A stretch of 63,850 nt of DNA, the filler included, from Leucoraja ocellata (lineage: Eukaryota): NCBI GenBank assembly GCA_036785375.1. It is 5 parts of 5 records of this genome, joined end to end, with 100 filler letters (N's around TTAATTAATTAA, not from the genome) between each part and the next. Parts side by side here need not be neighbours in the genome. Positions count along the whole stretch, not along the records: positions 1 to 20,217 come from JAWMAR010000508.1; positions 20,318 to 43,120 come from JAWMAR010000030.1; 3 more parts are not named here. One strand, given 5' to 3'. The notes beneath the pieces are model-generated. The model was given only the letters and a program-made list of their open reading frames with translations, had not been told where the DNA came from and made no database searches. Positions within the stretch are counted from its first letter, which is position 1, and every line of letters begins with the position of its first letter. Below are positions 10,226 to 23,300 of this stretch, one piece after another. A program made the translations under genes and the position numbers.

Positions 10226-10745
10226 TTTATCTGTCACCCACTCCACTCCGGGCCCTACACCCCTTCCAGTCGAATTGAAGATATTTAATCGAAAGGGTGT
10301 GACTGCCTGTTCCACAGTGCATGGTTAGGTTGCTTGCTTGGACAAGTCCGAGATGGCCTGTTTCCGTGCTGTAATTGTTATATGGTTATTATATGGTTTA
10401 TCTGTCACCCACTCCACTCCCGGGCCCTACACCCCTTCCAGTCGAATTGAAGATATTTAATCGAAAGGGTGTGACTGCCTGTTCCACAGTGCATGGTTAG
10501 GTTGCTTGCTTGGACAAGTCTGCAATTATTCAAGAATGTCTGGAGTTGCATGTTTGTCCAACGGGCGCTACAGAGGTTTTTTTTTTTAAAGAATTAACAA
10601 TCTTTCAATCATTTGTCAGTCCTACCGTTCCCAGGAATTAACTTGGTGAGCCCACCTTAATAGCAAGAAAACTAACTCTCCAGAGATGCTGCCTGTCCCG
10701 CTGAGTTACACCATCACTTTGTGTGTATCTTCAGTGTAAACCAGC

Positions 10746-11482
10746 ATAGAAACATAGAAATTAGGTGTTGGAGTAGAGGCCATTTGGCCCTTCGAGCCTG
10801 CACCGCCATTCAAAATGATCATGGCTGATCATCCAACGTACCTGCCTTCTCTCCATAACCCCCTGATCCCCTTAGCCACAATGCCACATCTAACTCCCTC
10901 TTAAATATAGCCAATGAACTGTGGCCTCGACTACCCTCTGCGGCAGAGAGTTCCAGAGATTCACCACTCTCTGTGCGAAAAAAGTTCTCTCTCATCTCGG
11001 TTTTTAAAGGATTTCCCCCTTATCCTTAAGCTGTGACCCCCTTGTCCTGGACTTCCCCAACATCAGGAACAATCTTCCTGCATCTAGCCTGTCCAACACC
11101 TTAAGAATTTTGTAAGTTTCTATAAGATCCCCTCTCAGTCTCCTAAATTCTAGAGAGTACAAACCAAGTCTATCCAGTCTTTCCTCATAAGACAGTCCTG
11201 ACATCCCAGGAATCAGTCTGGTGAACCTTCTCTGCACTCCCTCTATGGCAATAATGTCCTTCCTCAGATTTGGAGACCAAAACTGTACGCAATACTCCAG
11301 GTGTGGTCTCACCAAGACCCTGTACAACTGCAGTAGAACCCTCCCTGCTCCCATACTCAAATCCTTTTGCTATGAAAGCTAACATACCATTCGCTGTCTT
11401 CACTGCCTGCTGCAACTGCATGCCTACTTTCAATGACTGGTGTACCATGACACCCAGGTCTCGCTGCATCTCCCCTTTTCCT
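10746..11482 (-). mobile_element. CR1-A fragment (mirrored at 18586-19305, +)
   Basis: ORFs 11004..11360 and 11185..11469. Confidence 0.88.
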
Positions 11483-11645
11483 AGTCGGCTATTACTCCAG
11501 CAATTTGTCTATCTTCGCTGTAAACCAGCATCTGCAGTTACCTTAATACACAAAGTATTTCAGTGATCAGACGCTGTACAAATCCACAACTCAACTAAGC
11601 AGGTGGTTGCTCGTGGGAATAAGCAACAGACACGGAATTACGTAC

Positions 11646-11715
11646 CTGGGTTCTGTCTACTGCTTGTCTCTGGTATAATAACGGCTGACGAACTCTTGTC
11701 CTCAGCTGCTGCCAC
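11646..11715 (-). other. Putative 5' non-coding exon of the Siglec-like gene
   Basis: A non-repeat island among TEs that ends in a strong donor, CCCAG|gtacgt (intron from 11645), on the Siglec strand. The 5' boundary is unknown: either a TSS or the acceptor-like ctctccacacag. Duplicated in inverted orientation at about 18357-18424. Confidence 0.45.
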
Positions 11716-11749
11716 TGTGTGGAGAGCACAGATGTGTAGAGGGCAAAAT

Positions 11750-11795
11750 TGACATCAAGAAACGGAAAGTACGAAGCAAGTATTCCCTTATAGAC
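11750..11795 (-). promoter_or_regulatory. Candidate promoter motifs: ISRE-like GAAACGGAAAGT, CRE-like TGATGTCAA, TATA-like CTATAAG
   Basis: GAAA-CG-GAAAGT at 11759-11770 (+) matches the IRF consensus GAAANNGAAA, immediately upstream of the putative exon. Motif match only. Confidence 0.4.
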
Positions 11796-12304
11796 AAATG
11801 GTTAACCCCTTTCATCCCTGATGGGGCAAGACTTTGATTTAGTGGAGGCAATGCTGTAATGTCAGAAGAGTTCCTCACTATCTCTACAAACCTTATCTGG
11901 CTCTGAAACGATTCCTGGTCTCTGTAACCCCCCTCCTCACCGGGCCCTGAAACCCCTCCCTGTCTTTCTAACCCCTTCCGGCCTCTACTCCCAGACCTGC
12001 CTCTGTAACCCTCCCCCCCTCCAATCCTCCCTTTCGAATTGGAGATGTTTAATGCAATAGGTATGACTGTCTCATATTAGGTTGCTTGTTTAGACAAGAC
12101 TGCACTGATTCAAGAATGCCTGGAAGTGCACTTCTGCCCACCTCATTCCGCAAAGTTTTTTTTAATGATTTAACAGAAGGTCGGAACCAAGAAAAGAGAA
12201 CAGCACAGCACAGGAACAGGCCCTTCAGCCCACAATGTCTGTGCCGAACATATGTCAAATTAATCCCCTTTGCCTGTCCATAATCTGGAACTCTGCGTTC
12301 CCTG

Positions 12305-15300
12305 TATATAACCATATAACCATATAACAATTACAGCACGGAAACAGGCCATCGTGGCCCTACAAGTCCGTGCCGAACAACTTTTTTCCCTTAGTCCCAC
12401 CTGCCTGCACTCATACCATACCAACCCTCCATTCCCTTCTCATCCATATGCCTATCCAATTTATATTTAAATGATACCAACGAACCTGCCTCCACTACTT
12501 CCACTGGAAGCTCATTCCCCACCGCTACCACCCTCTGAGTAAAGAAGTTCCCCCCTCATATTACCCCTAAACTTCTGTCCCTTAATTAAGAACTTTTTTC
12601 ACACAGAGAGTGGTGAATCTGTGGAACTCTCTGCCACAGAGGGTAGTTGAGGGCCAGTTCATTGGCTATATTTAAGAGGGAGTTAGATGTGGCCCTTGTG
12701 GCTAAGGGGATCAGAGGGTATGGAGAGAAGGCAGGTAAGGNNNNNNNNNNNNNNNNNNNNNNNNNNNNNNNNNNNNNNNNNNNNNNNNNNNNNNNNNNNN
12801 NNNNNNNNNNNNNNNNNNNNNNNNNNNNNNNNNNNNNNNNNNNNNNNNNNNNNNNNNNNNNNNNNNNNNNNNNNNNNNNNNNNNNNNNNNNNNNNNNNNN
12901 NNNNNNNNNNNNNNNNNNNNNNNNNNNNNNNNNNNNNNNNGTTGTACAGGGTCTTGGTGAGACCACACCTGTAGTATTGCGTACAGCTTTGGTCTCCTAA
13001 TCTGAGGAAGGACATTATTGCCATAGAGGGAGTACAGAGAAGGTTCACCAGACTGATTCCTGGGATGTCAGGACTGTCTTATGAAGATAGACTGGATAGA
13101 CTTGGTTTGTGCTCTCTAGAATTTAGGAGACTGAGAGGGGATCTTATAGAACTTACAAAATTCTTAAGGGGTTGGACAGGCTAGATGCAGGAAGATTGCT
13201 CCCGATGTTGGGGAAGTCCAGGACAAGGGGTTACAGCTTAAGGATAAGGGGAAATCCTTTAAAACCGAGACGAGTAGACCTTTTTTCACACAGAGAGTGG
13301 TGAATCTCTGGAACTCTCTGCCGCAGAGGGTAGTCGAGGCCACACAGTTCATTGGCTATATTTAAGAGGGAGTTAGATGTGGCCCTTGTGGCTAAGGGGA
13401 TCAGGGGGTATGGAGAGAAGGCAGGTACGGGATACTGAGTTGGATGATCAGCCATGATCATATTGAATGGTGGTGCAGGCTCGAAGGGCCGAATGGCCTA
13501 CTCCTGCACATAATTTCTATGTTTCTATGTTTCTATATTTAAGAGGGAGTTAGATGTGGCCCTTCTGGCTAAGGGGATCAGGGGGTATGGAGAGAAGGCA
13601 GGTACGGGATACTGAGTTGGATGATCAGCCATGATCATATTGAATGGCGGTGCAGGCTCGAAGGGCCGAATGGCCTCTACTCCTGCACCTAATTTCTATG
13701 TTTCTATGGTTCTATGTGTCTATGCTATATGTTTAATGTTTGATGAAATGTTGGAACCTGTACCGAGCTGTACTGATACCAAATTCCACCAGCCAGTCTG
13801 TGTGGTCATTAAAATACAATAAAATACAATACAATACAATACAATAAAGGGGGTCAACTCCCTTGTAGAGGGACCACCACTGGGGCCGCCCCCGCCTTCA
13901 GGTGGTAACACCGTCCACCATGGTGTGTCAGGATGGGAGACGAAGGCAAGGAGGTGCAGAATGTGCAGGAACATTCTATACAGTGAGCGTCTCTTCGCGT
14001 CACGAAACGGTCATCTCGGAAAGGCGGCTCAGGTTGTGTGGAGCCGGTACCCGAGATATATCCCGGAACCTGGGCCTGATTAGCAGATAGAAACATAGAA
14101 ACATAGAAATTATGTTTTATGGTTATATAACCATATAACCATATAACAATTACAGCACGGAAACAGGCCATCTCGAGTTCTAGTACCGTCTAGTCCGTGC
14201 CGAACACGTATTCTCCCCTAGTCCCATATACCTGCGCTCAGACCATAACCCTCCATTCCCTTCCCATCCATATAACTATCCAATTTATTTTTAAATGATA
14301 AAAACGAACCTGCCTCCACCACCTCCACTGGAAGCTCATTCCACACAGCCATCACTCTCTGAGTAAAGAAGTCCCCCTCATGTTACCCCTAAACTTCAGT
14401 CCCGTAATTCTCAAGTCATGTCCCCTTGTTTGAATCTTCCCTACTCTCAGTGGGAAAAGCTTTTCCACGTCAACTCTGTCTATCCCTCTCATCATTTTAA
14501 AAACCTCTATCAAGTCCCCCCTTAACCTTCTGCGCTCCAAAGAATAAAGACCGAACTTGTTCAACCTTTCTCTGTAACTTAGTTGCTGAAACCAGGCAAC
14601 ATTCTAGTAAATCTCCTCTGTACTCTCTCTATTTTGTTGACATCCTTCCTATAATTAGGCGATAATATATGGTCATAAGACTAGTCAGAGGGTCACCAAA
14701 GAGATAGATAGTAGTTCAGGACCGCTCTCTGGTTGTGGTAGGATGGTTCATAGATACATAGAAACATAGAAATTAGGTGCAGGAGTAGGCCATTCGGCCC
14801 TTCGAGCCTGCACCGCCATTCAATATGATCATGGCTGCTCATCCAACTCAGTATCCCGTACCTGCCTTCTCTCCATACCCTCTGATCCCCTTGGCCACAA
14901 GGGCCACATCTAACTGCCTCTTAAATATAGCCAATGAACTGGCCTCAACTACCCTCTGTGGCAGAGAGTTCCAAAGATTAACCACTCTCTGTGTGAAAAA
15001 TTTCTTCTCATCTCGGTTTTAAAGGATTTTCCCCTTTTCCTTAAGCTGAGACCCTTTGTCCTGGACTTCCCCAACATCGGGAACAATCTTCCTGCATCTA
15101 GCCTGTCCAACCTTTAAGGGACAGAAGTTTAGGGGTAACATGAGGATGAACTTCTTTACTCAGAGAGTGGTAGCTGTGTGGAATGAGCTTCCAGTGAAGG
15201 TGGTGGAGGCAGGTTCGATTTTATCATTTAAAAATAAATTGGATAGTTATATGGACGGGAAGGGAATGAAGGGTTATGGTCTGAGCGCAGGTAGAAGGGA

Positions 15301-17770
15301 TTAGGGGAGAATATGTTCAGCACGGACTAGAAGGGTCGAGATGGCCTGTTTCCGTGCTGTAATTGTTATATGGTTATATGGTTATAGTTGAGAGATACAA
15401 CACAGAAACGGGCCCTTCGACCAACCAAGGCCGCGCCGACCATCGGTCCCCATACATGAACACTACCCCACACACACTGGGGAAAATTTTACATTTATAC
15501 CAAGACAATTAACCTACAAACCTGTTGGAGTTTGCGGTGTGGGGGGAAACCCAAGCACCTGGAGAAAACCCCACAGTCATAGAGAGAACGTTCAAATGCC
15601 GTACAAAAGTCCCACCCCGACCAACATGCCCCATCTACACTTGTCCCACCCCGACCACCATGCCCCGTCTACACTAGTCCCACCCCGACCAACATGCCCA
15701 TCTACACTAGTCCCACCCCGACCAACATGCCACGTCTACACTAGTCCCACCCCGACCAACATGCCCCATCCACACTAGTCCCACCCCGACCAACATGCCC
15801 CATCTACACTAGTCCCACCCCGACCAACATACCCCATCTACACTAGTCCCACCCTGACCAACATGCCCCATCTACACTAGTCCCACCCCGACCAACATGC
15901 CCCATCTACACTAGTCCCACCCCGACCAACATGCCCCATCTACACTAGTCCCACCCCGACCAACATGCCCCATCTACACTAGTCCCACCCCGACCAACAT
16001 GCCCCATCTACACTAGTCCCACCCCGACCAACATGCCCCATCTACACTAGTCCACACCCGACAAACATGCCCCATCCACACTAGTCCCACCCCCGACCAA
16101 CATGCCCCATCTACACTAGTCCCACCCCGACAAACATGCCCCATCTACACTAGTCCCACCCCGACCAACATGCCCCATCTACACTAGTTCCACCCCGACC
16201 AACATGCCCCGTGTACACTAGTTCTCCCTCTCCCCCCCCCCGCACCCCATCAACAAGGATAGAACAAGGATCTTTCGCACTCTATGGCAGTAGTACTATG
16301 GCTACGCTGCCGTATTAATGCAGAGAATCTTTGCTGGCCGGCGAGGACTCGCTGGGCCGATGGAACACTGTGTCTGCGCTGTATTTCTAATGGGAACATA
16401 GAACTAGTGTGTGTGGACAGGGGGTCGATGGTCGGCACGGACTCGGTGGGCAGAAGGGCCTGTTTTCATGCAGTACATCTAAACTAAAAATCGCTAGAAT
16501 TAGGAGATTGAGAGGGGATCTTATAGAAACTTACAAAATTCTTAAGGGGTTGGACAGGCTAGATGCAGGAAGATTGCTCCCGATGTTGGGGAAGTCCAGG
16601 ACAAGGGGTCACAGCTTAAGGATAAGGGGGAAATCCTTTAAAACCGAGATGAGAAGAACTTTTTTCACACAGAGAGTGGTGAATCTCTGGAACTCTCTGC
16701 CGCAGAGGGTAGTCGAGGCCAGTTCATTGGCTATATTTAAGAGGGAGTTAGATGTGGCCCTTGTGGCTAAGGGGATCAGGGGGTATGGAGAGAAGGCAGG
16801 TACAGGATGATCAGCCATGATCATATTGAATGGCGGTGCAGGCTCGAAGGGCCAACTTGCCTACTCCTGCACCTATTTTTTATGTTTCTATGTTTCTAAA
16901 CATACAATGAGTGTGTGAATGGGTGATCGATGGCGGGCACAGAGTCGTTGGGCGGAAGTGTCTGTTTCCGCACTGTATCACCAGACTTAATGTGTGTAGA
17001 GCGTTTTTTCCACAGAGAGTAGTGGTGCCGAGGGGTGGTGGTGGAGGCAGCTATGGTAGTGGTGTTTTGGTGGCATTCAGATAGGCACAGAGGGTTAAGG
17101 GGGGACTTGATAGAGGTCTTTAAATGATGAGAGGGATAGACAGAGTTGACGTGGACAAGCTTTTCCCTTTGAGAATAGGGAAGATTCAAACAAGAGGACA
17201 TGACTTCAGAATTAGAAACATAGAAACATAGAAATTAGGTGCATGAGTAGGCCATTCGGCCCTTCGAGCCTGCACCGCCATTGAATATGATCACGGCTGA
17301 TCATCCAACTCAGTATCCCATACCTGCCTTCTCTCCATACCCTCTGATCCCCTTAGCCTCAAGGGCCACATCTAACTCCCTCTTAAATATAGCCAATGAA
17401 CTGGCCTCAACTACCCTCTGTGGCAGAGAGTTCCAGAGATTCACCACTCTCTGTGTGAAAAAAGTTATTCTCATCTCGGAAAAAAGTTCTTAATTAAGGC
17501 ACAGACGTTTAGGGGTAATATGAGGGGGAACTTCTTTACTCAGAGAGTGGTAGCGGTGTGGAATGAGCTTCCAGTGAAGTGGTGGAGGCAGGTTCGTTGG
17601 TATCATTTAAATATAAATTGGATAGGCATATGGATGAGAAGGGAATGGAGGGTTATGGTATGAGTGCAGGCAGGTGGGACTAAGGGAAAAAAAGTTGTTC
17701 GGCTCGGACTTGTAGGGCCACGATGGCCTGCGTCCGTGCTGTAATTGTTATATGGTTATATGGTTATATA
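12305..17770. mobile_element. Dense mosaic of CR1-A/CR1-B 3' fragments, a Tx1 fragment (~13845-14085, minus) and SINE pieces
   Basis: Repeated CR1 ORF2 C-terminal translations in both orientations. ORF 13720..13974, MFLHILHLLAFVSHPDTPWWTVLPP, resembles Tx1 ORF2. Confidence 0.8.
15608..16222. repeat. 34-bp minisatellite, about 18 copies (AGTCCCACCCCGACCAACATGCCCCATCTACACT)
   Basis: Head-to-tail, near-identical units with no spacers. Confidence 0.95.
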
Positions 17771-20217
17771 CAGGGAATGCAGAGTTCCAGATTATGGACA
17801 GGCAAAGGAGATTAATTTGGCATATGTTCGGCACAGACATTGTGGGTCGAAGGGCCTGTTCCTGTGCTGTGCTGTTCTCTTTTCTTGGTTCCGACCTTCT
17901 GTTAAATCATTAAAAAACTTTGCGGAATGAGGTGGGCGGCAGAAGTGCACTTCCAGGCATTCTTGAATCAGTGCAGTCTTGTCTAAACAAGCATCCTAAT
18001 AGGAGACTGTCATACCTATTGCATTAAACATCTCCAATTCGAAAGGGAGGACTGGAGGGGGGAGGGTTACAGAGGCAGGCATGGGAGTAGGGGCCGGAGG
18101 GGGTTAGAAAGACAGGGAGGGGTGTAGGGGCCGGTGGGGAGGGGGTTACAGAGACCAGGAATCGTTTCAGAGCCAGATAAGGTTTGTAGAGATAGTGAGG
18201 CACTCTTCTGACAGTACAGCATTACCTCCACTAAATCAAAGTCTTGCCCCATCAGGGATGAAAGGGGTTAAACCATTTGTCTATAAGGGAATACTTGCTT
18301 AGTACTTCCGTTTCTTGATGTCAATTTTTCCCTCTACACATCTGTGCTCTCCACACAGTGGCGGAAGCTGAGGACAAGAGTTCGTCAGCCGTTACACCAG
18401 AGACAAGCAGTGGACAGAACCCAGGTACGTACTTCCGTGTCTGTTGCTTATTCCCACGAGCAACCACCTGCTTAGTTGAGTTGTGAATTTGTACAGAGTC
18501 TGATCACTGAAATACTTTGTGTATTAAGGTAACTGCAGATGCTGGTTTACAGCGAAGATAGACAAATTGCTGGAGTAATAGCCGACTAGGAAAAGGGGAG
18601 ATGCAGCGAGACCTGGGTGTCATGGTACACCAGTCATTGAAAGTAGGCATGCAGTTGCAGCAGGCAATGAAGACAGCGAATGGTATGTTAGCTTTCATAG
18701 CAAAAGGATTTGCGTATAGGAGCAGGGAGGTTCTACTGCAGTTGTACAGGGTCTCGGTGAGACCACACCTGGAGTATTGCGTACAGTTTTGATCTCCAAA
18801 TATGAGGAAGGACAATATTGCCATAGAGGGAGTGCAGAGAAGGTTCACCAGACTGATTCCTGGGATGTCAGGACTGTCTTATGAAGAAAGACTGGATAGA
18901 CTTGGTTTATACTCTCTAGAATTTAGGAGATTGAGAGGGGATCATATAGAAACTTACAAAATTCTTAAGGGGTTGCACAGGCTAGATGCAGGAAGAATGC
19001 TCCCGATGTTGGGGAAGTCCAGGACAAGGGGTCACAGCTTAAGGATAAGGGGAAATCCTTTAAAACCGAGATGAGAAGAACTTTTTTCGCACAGAGAGTG
19101 GTGAATCTCTGGAACTCTCTGCCGCAGAGGGTAGTCGAGGCCACAGTTTCATTGGCTATATTTAAGAGGGAGTTAGATGTGGCCCTTGTGGCTAAGCGGA
19201 TCAGAGGGTATGGAGAGAAGGCAGGTACGGGATACTCAGTTGGATGGCTCGAAGGGCCGAATGGCCTACTCCTGCACCTAATTTCTATGTTTCTATGTTT
19301 CTATGCTGGTTTACACTGAAGATACACACAAAGCGATGGTGTAATTCAGCGGGACAGGCAGCATCTCTGGAGAGTTAGTTTTGTTGCTATTAAGGTGGGC
19401 TCACCAAGTTAATTCCTGGGATGGTAGGACTGACAAATGATGAAAGATTGTTAATTCATTTAAAAAAAACCTCTGCAGCGCCCGTTGTACAAACATGCAA
19501 ATCCAGACATTCTCGAATAATTGCAGACTTGTCCAAGCAAGCAACCTTACCATGCACTGTGGAACAGGCAGTCACACCCTTTCGATTAAATATCTTCAAT
19601 CGACAGGAAGGGGTGTAGGGCCCGAGTGGAGTGGGTGACAGATAAACCATATAACAACCATATAACAATTACAGCACGGAAACAGGCCATCTCGGCCCTA
19701 CAAGTCCGTGCTGAACAACTTTTTCCCCTTAGTCCCACCTGCCTGCACTCATACCATAACCCTCCATTCCCTTCTCATCCATATGCCTATCCAATTTATT
19801 TTTAAATTATATCAACGAACCTGCCTCCACCACTTCCACTGTAAGCTCATTCCACACCGCTACCACTCTCTGAGTAAAGAAGTTCCCCCTCATGTTACCC
19901 CTAAACTTCTGTCCTTTAATTCTGAAGTCATGTCCTCTTGTTTGAATCTTCCCTATTCTCAAAGGGAAAAGCTGATCCACATCAACTCTGTCTATCCCTC
20001 TCATCATTTTAAAGACCTCTATCAAGTCCCCCTTAACCTTCTGCGCTCCAGAGAATAAAGACCTAACTTATTCAACCTTTCTCTGTAACTTAGTTGTTGA
20101 AACCCAGGCAACATTTTAGTAAATCTCCTCTGTACTCTCTCTATTTTGTTGACATCCTTCCTATAATTGGGCGACCAAAATTGTACACCATACTCCAGAT
20201 TTGGTCTCACCAATGCC

Positions 20218-20317
20218 NNNNNNNNNNNNNNNNNNNNNNNNNNNNNNNNNNNNNNNNNNNNTTAATTAATTAANNNNNNNNNNNNNNNNNNNNNNNNNNN
20301 NNNNNNNNNNNNNNNNN
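20218..20317. other. Assembly gap with artificial TTAATTAATTAA linker (also at 43121-43220, 50557-50656 and 58234-58333); plain 200-N gap at 12741-12940
   Basis: Each linker gap is exactly 44 N + 12 nt + 44 N, and the palindromic 12-mer has TAA stops in all six frames. Confidence 0.97.
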
Positions 20318-23300
20318 AAGAGGGCGGAAGGGAAGAGGGCGGGAGGACACCATCACATCCTATTTGGCCTGAGACTTGCTAATGGGGAAGGCTCATTGTG
20401 CACTGCTTTCGGTGTGCTTGTAGTGGGCAGGGGTTTGATTTGAGGGTGTGACATATGGTGGGTGATTCTTGTGGGCAAGTGGACAACAAGCCTCATTGCA
20501 ATTAACAAAAAGGTTGTAGGAGAAGCGTGGGGTCAACGGGCTGAAATAACTAAGGTAGTTATTGTATGAACTAATATTGAAAGAGAAGCAGTGAAGAAAA
20601 TATACTCTATAATCAGTATGCCCAAATTCTGTGTGGTAGTTATATTTATATATCCTTTTAATCACTTATGTAATGCCAGTGCACACTGCTTCAATCAGAG
20701 ACGTCTGATCCTTGTGTAAAATAAAATATTTATTCTGTTCCATTTCTTAATCCCTGGATTTAATCTTAATCTTATATCTATGACTCTCTCATTTTATCCC
20801 AATCAACAGCTGAAAATAATCTGTTTTTATCTTTTTTGTACTATTTCTTCATAATTTTAAACATCTTGGACAAATCACCCTATAATCTCTGTTCTATCCC
20901 AATCAATCACAAGTATCCATGTCTTTTTACATTTGCATTTTGTCATATAAACAGCACCCAAATCAGCTGCATTGTGCTCTCCATTTTTCAAACCCCTTAG
21001 ATCTGGCACCCAGATCACATACTCTACTTTTTAGTTTTCTGTCATCCAAAACTAAAATCTCACAGCTCTTCCACATCATGCACAATTCTAATTATATATA
21101 TATTTTTCATCAATATGTACACATTACCAATGTTGAAAGTGAATTCTGTCCACCACTTATTTTTCCCCATTCCATCACCTTTCCAATATCCCCATTTTAT
21201 GTTTTAATGTCATAGATTGATACAGTGTGGAAAATGGCCCTTCGGCCTAATAATAATAATAATAATAATAATATATTTTATTGTCATTGCACATAAGAGC
21301 AACGAGATTTGGTATGCACCTTCCATCCGATGTCATACCATAATAAAATTTAGATAACTTGCCCACACCGGCCCACGTCCCAGCTGCACTAGTCGCACCT
21401 GCCCGCATTTGGCTCATATCCCTCCAAACTGGTCCTATCCATGTGCCTGGTTCAAGGTCAAAGCAGCTCCTTGTTTGGCATCCCATCAAATCGCCCTAAA
21501 TGGTTATTTCTTCCATCACCAGCAGAAAGTAGTCCTTCTTCATACCATCCACAAAATTTACTGAGCACACTCTAACTAGAGGAACAACACCCACCAAACC
21601 CACGTTCTATTATCAAGAAGAACAAGGGCGGCAGGCACATGAGAACACTGTTCACAGGTTCCCTCACAAGTTGCACACCATCCTGACTTGCAAATACATT
21701 GCAAATTCTTCATTGTCTGGAACACAATAATAAACAGTACCTCAAGAGCAACTTCAACCGAAGGATTGTGGCAGTTCTAGGAAGGAGCCCACCACCACCT
21801 TTGAGGAAATTAAGGATGAGCAATAACGGGTGGCCTTGCCACCAATGCCCAAATACCTAAAACCAAACAGTAAACATATTCTGACCCTACACTGAAGTTA
21901 TTTCGATAGAAGAGTCCTAAACAGAACATTGATATCCTTAACTATAATCATGTGTTTCTTCATGGCTAGTTTTTAATCTAATTTGTTAACTATCTACAAA
22001 TTCTGCAGTCATTTGTCAATCAATGATCATTAATTTGGTACATTGTCCAAATGTTCATGTAATTCATGTGACATTTTTTCCCATTCATCACCTCAAATAA
22101 CTCAATCACATGTGCAAAGCAAAATCTTCCTTTCTTAAATTGAGGTTGGTTCATTTCAGATATTTTCCCCCCTCATCTAAATTTATACTTGAATAATTTT
22201 AATCATATTTCTCTATCACAAAGAGAATATTTTAGAATCTTTTTTAAAATAAAATTTATCAAAGTACAAATTTAGATGATGGAAAATAATCTGAAATGAA
22301 CCAACATGGATCCATGCCAACTGGCCTGTAATTTTCTGGGCCAGCGTGTCAATATATTTTTCTCATTCTGGTTCACATTCATTAGAACTCTGAACTTGCT
22401 ACAACTTTCCAACTTCCTCTTCAGGATTGCTGATGAATCCCACTCAGTCCACCACTTTGTTTACTTGAGGGTTAACTATGCTCTGTAATAATTTATTTTG
22501 ATTTATCATGTCATTTCAGTGTTAAATCCTTCCACTATATGATCCTGTTCTGTATTCATTGTTTAATGGCCGACAATATTTTACTCTTCATTCAATTCTT
22601 CTCCATTCTTACCCTTTGCTGCAATTACAAACTCCTACTTTCTCTTAACTTTTATTTACTCACTGTTCATTAGTATTGATTTTATTAGTTGCTTAAGGGT
22701 GATAGACCTCCTTATATTCCTAGTTTTTTTTATTTTACAACTTTTCAATCCTTTTTTATTATCTGAGTAATGATGGACAATCCTTTATACCAATGTCTCA
22801 TCACACCACATTCCCAAGTCTGTCCTTTTCCAGTCTGGCGTCTCTGCCTTAAAATATTCCCTCTTATTGCATGGCTGAAAACATCAGTACATTGTGATCA
22901 CAACTCTAGAGCCTTCCACTCACATGTCAAGCATTTATCCAAATCATTGGTTATTTATAAAGCAAACAAATAAGGTTCCTGCTGGCAAAATGAGTTTGTG
23001 CAAGGAGTCCTGTCTTTTCACTAATTCCAATGACTTTTGCCTGTGTTCCCCTTTGAAGAATGTCACCAATTTTAGAGCACACCACTGTGCAAATTCATAA
23101 CATGCATCTATGACTAATTGTACACGATGCAGTAAACAGAGCAAAGTCAGCAGTTCAAAGACACTCCCTGTTTAAAGATTTTGAGATAGACTGCCAAAAC
23201 ATACCACAAATACTGCAACATTTATTATTAGATAGGATTCCTCATCAGCAAAAAATATTCTTCCTGCAACCACAGCACTTTAAAAGTTTATGATCCCAAT

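Larger units (their letters stand above)
9527..20217. repeat. Inverted segmental duplication: arm A ~9527-12740, arm B ~17320-20217
   Basis: Both unique sequence and TE junctions match in reverse complement (11581-12300 vs 17770-18505; 10230-10745 vs 19305-19645; junction cttaattaagaacttttttc at 12581-12600 vs 17479-17498). The arms differ by scattered substitutions and indels, and both end at N gaps. Confidence 0.92.

Noticed and set aside
12586-13048. ORFs containing X runs (also 57972..58289 and 58278..58583)
   Set aside because: Artefacts of translating through N gaps.
15608-16222. CRISPR-like array (34-bp repeats)
   Set aside because: The units are contiguous with no unique spacers, there are no cas genes, and the context is vertebrate. 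It is a minisatellite.
20262-20273. TTAATTAATTAA as a biological motif (homeodomain or PacI site)
   Set aside because: It occurs centred in four exactly 100-nt N gaps, so it is an assembly linker.
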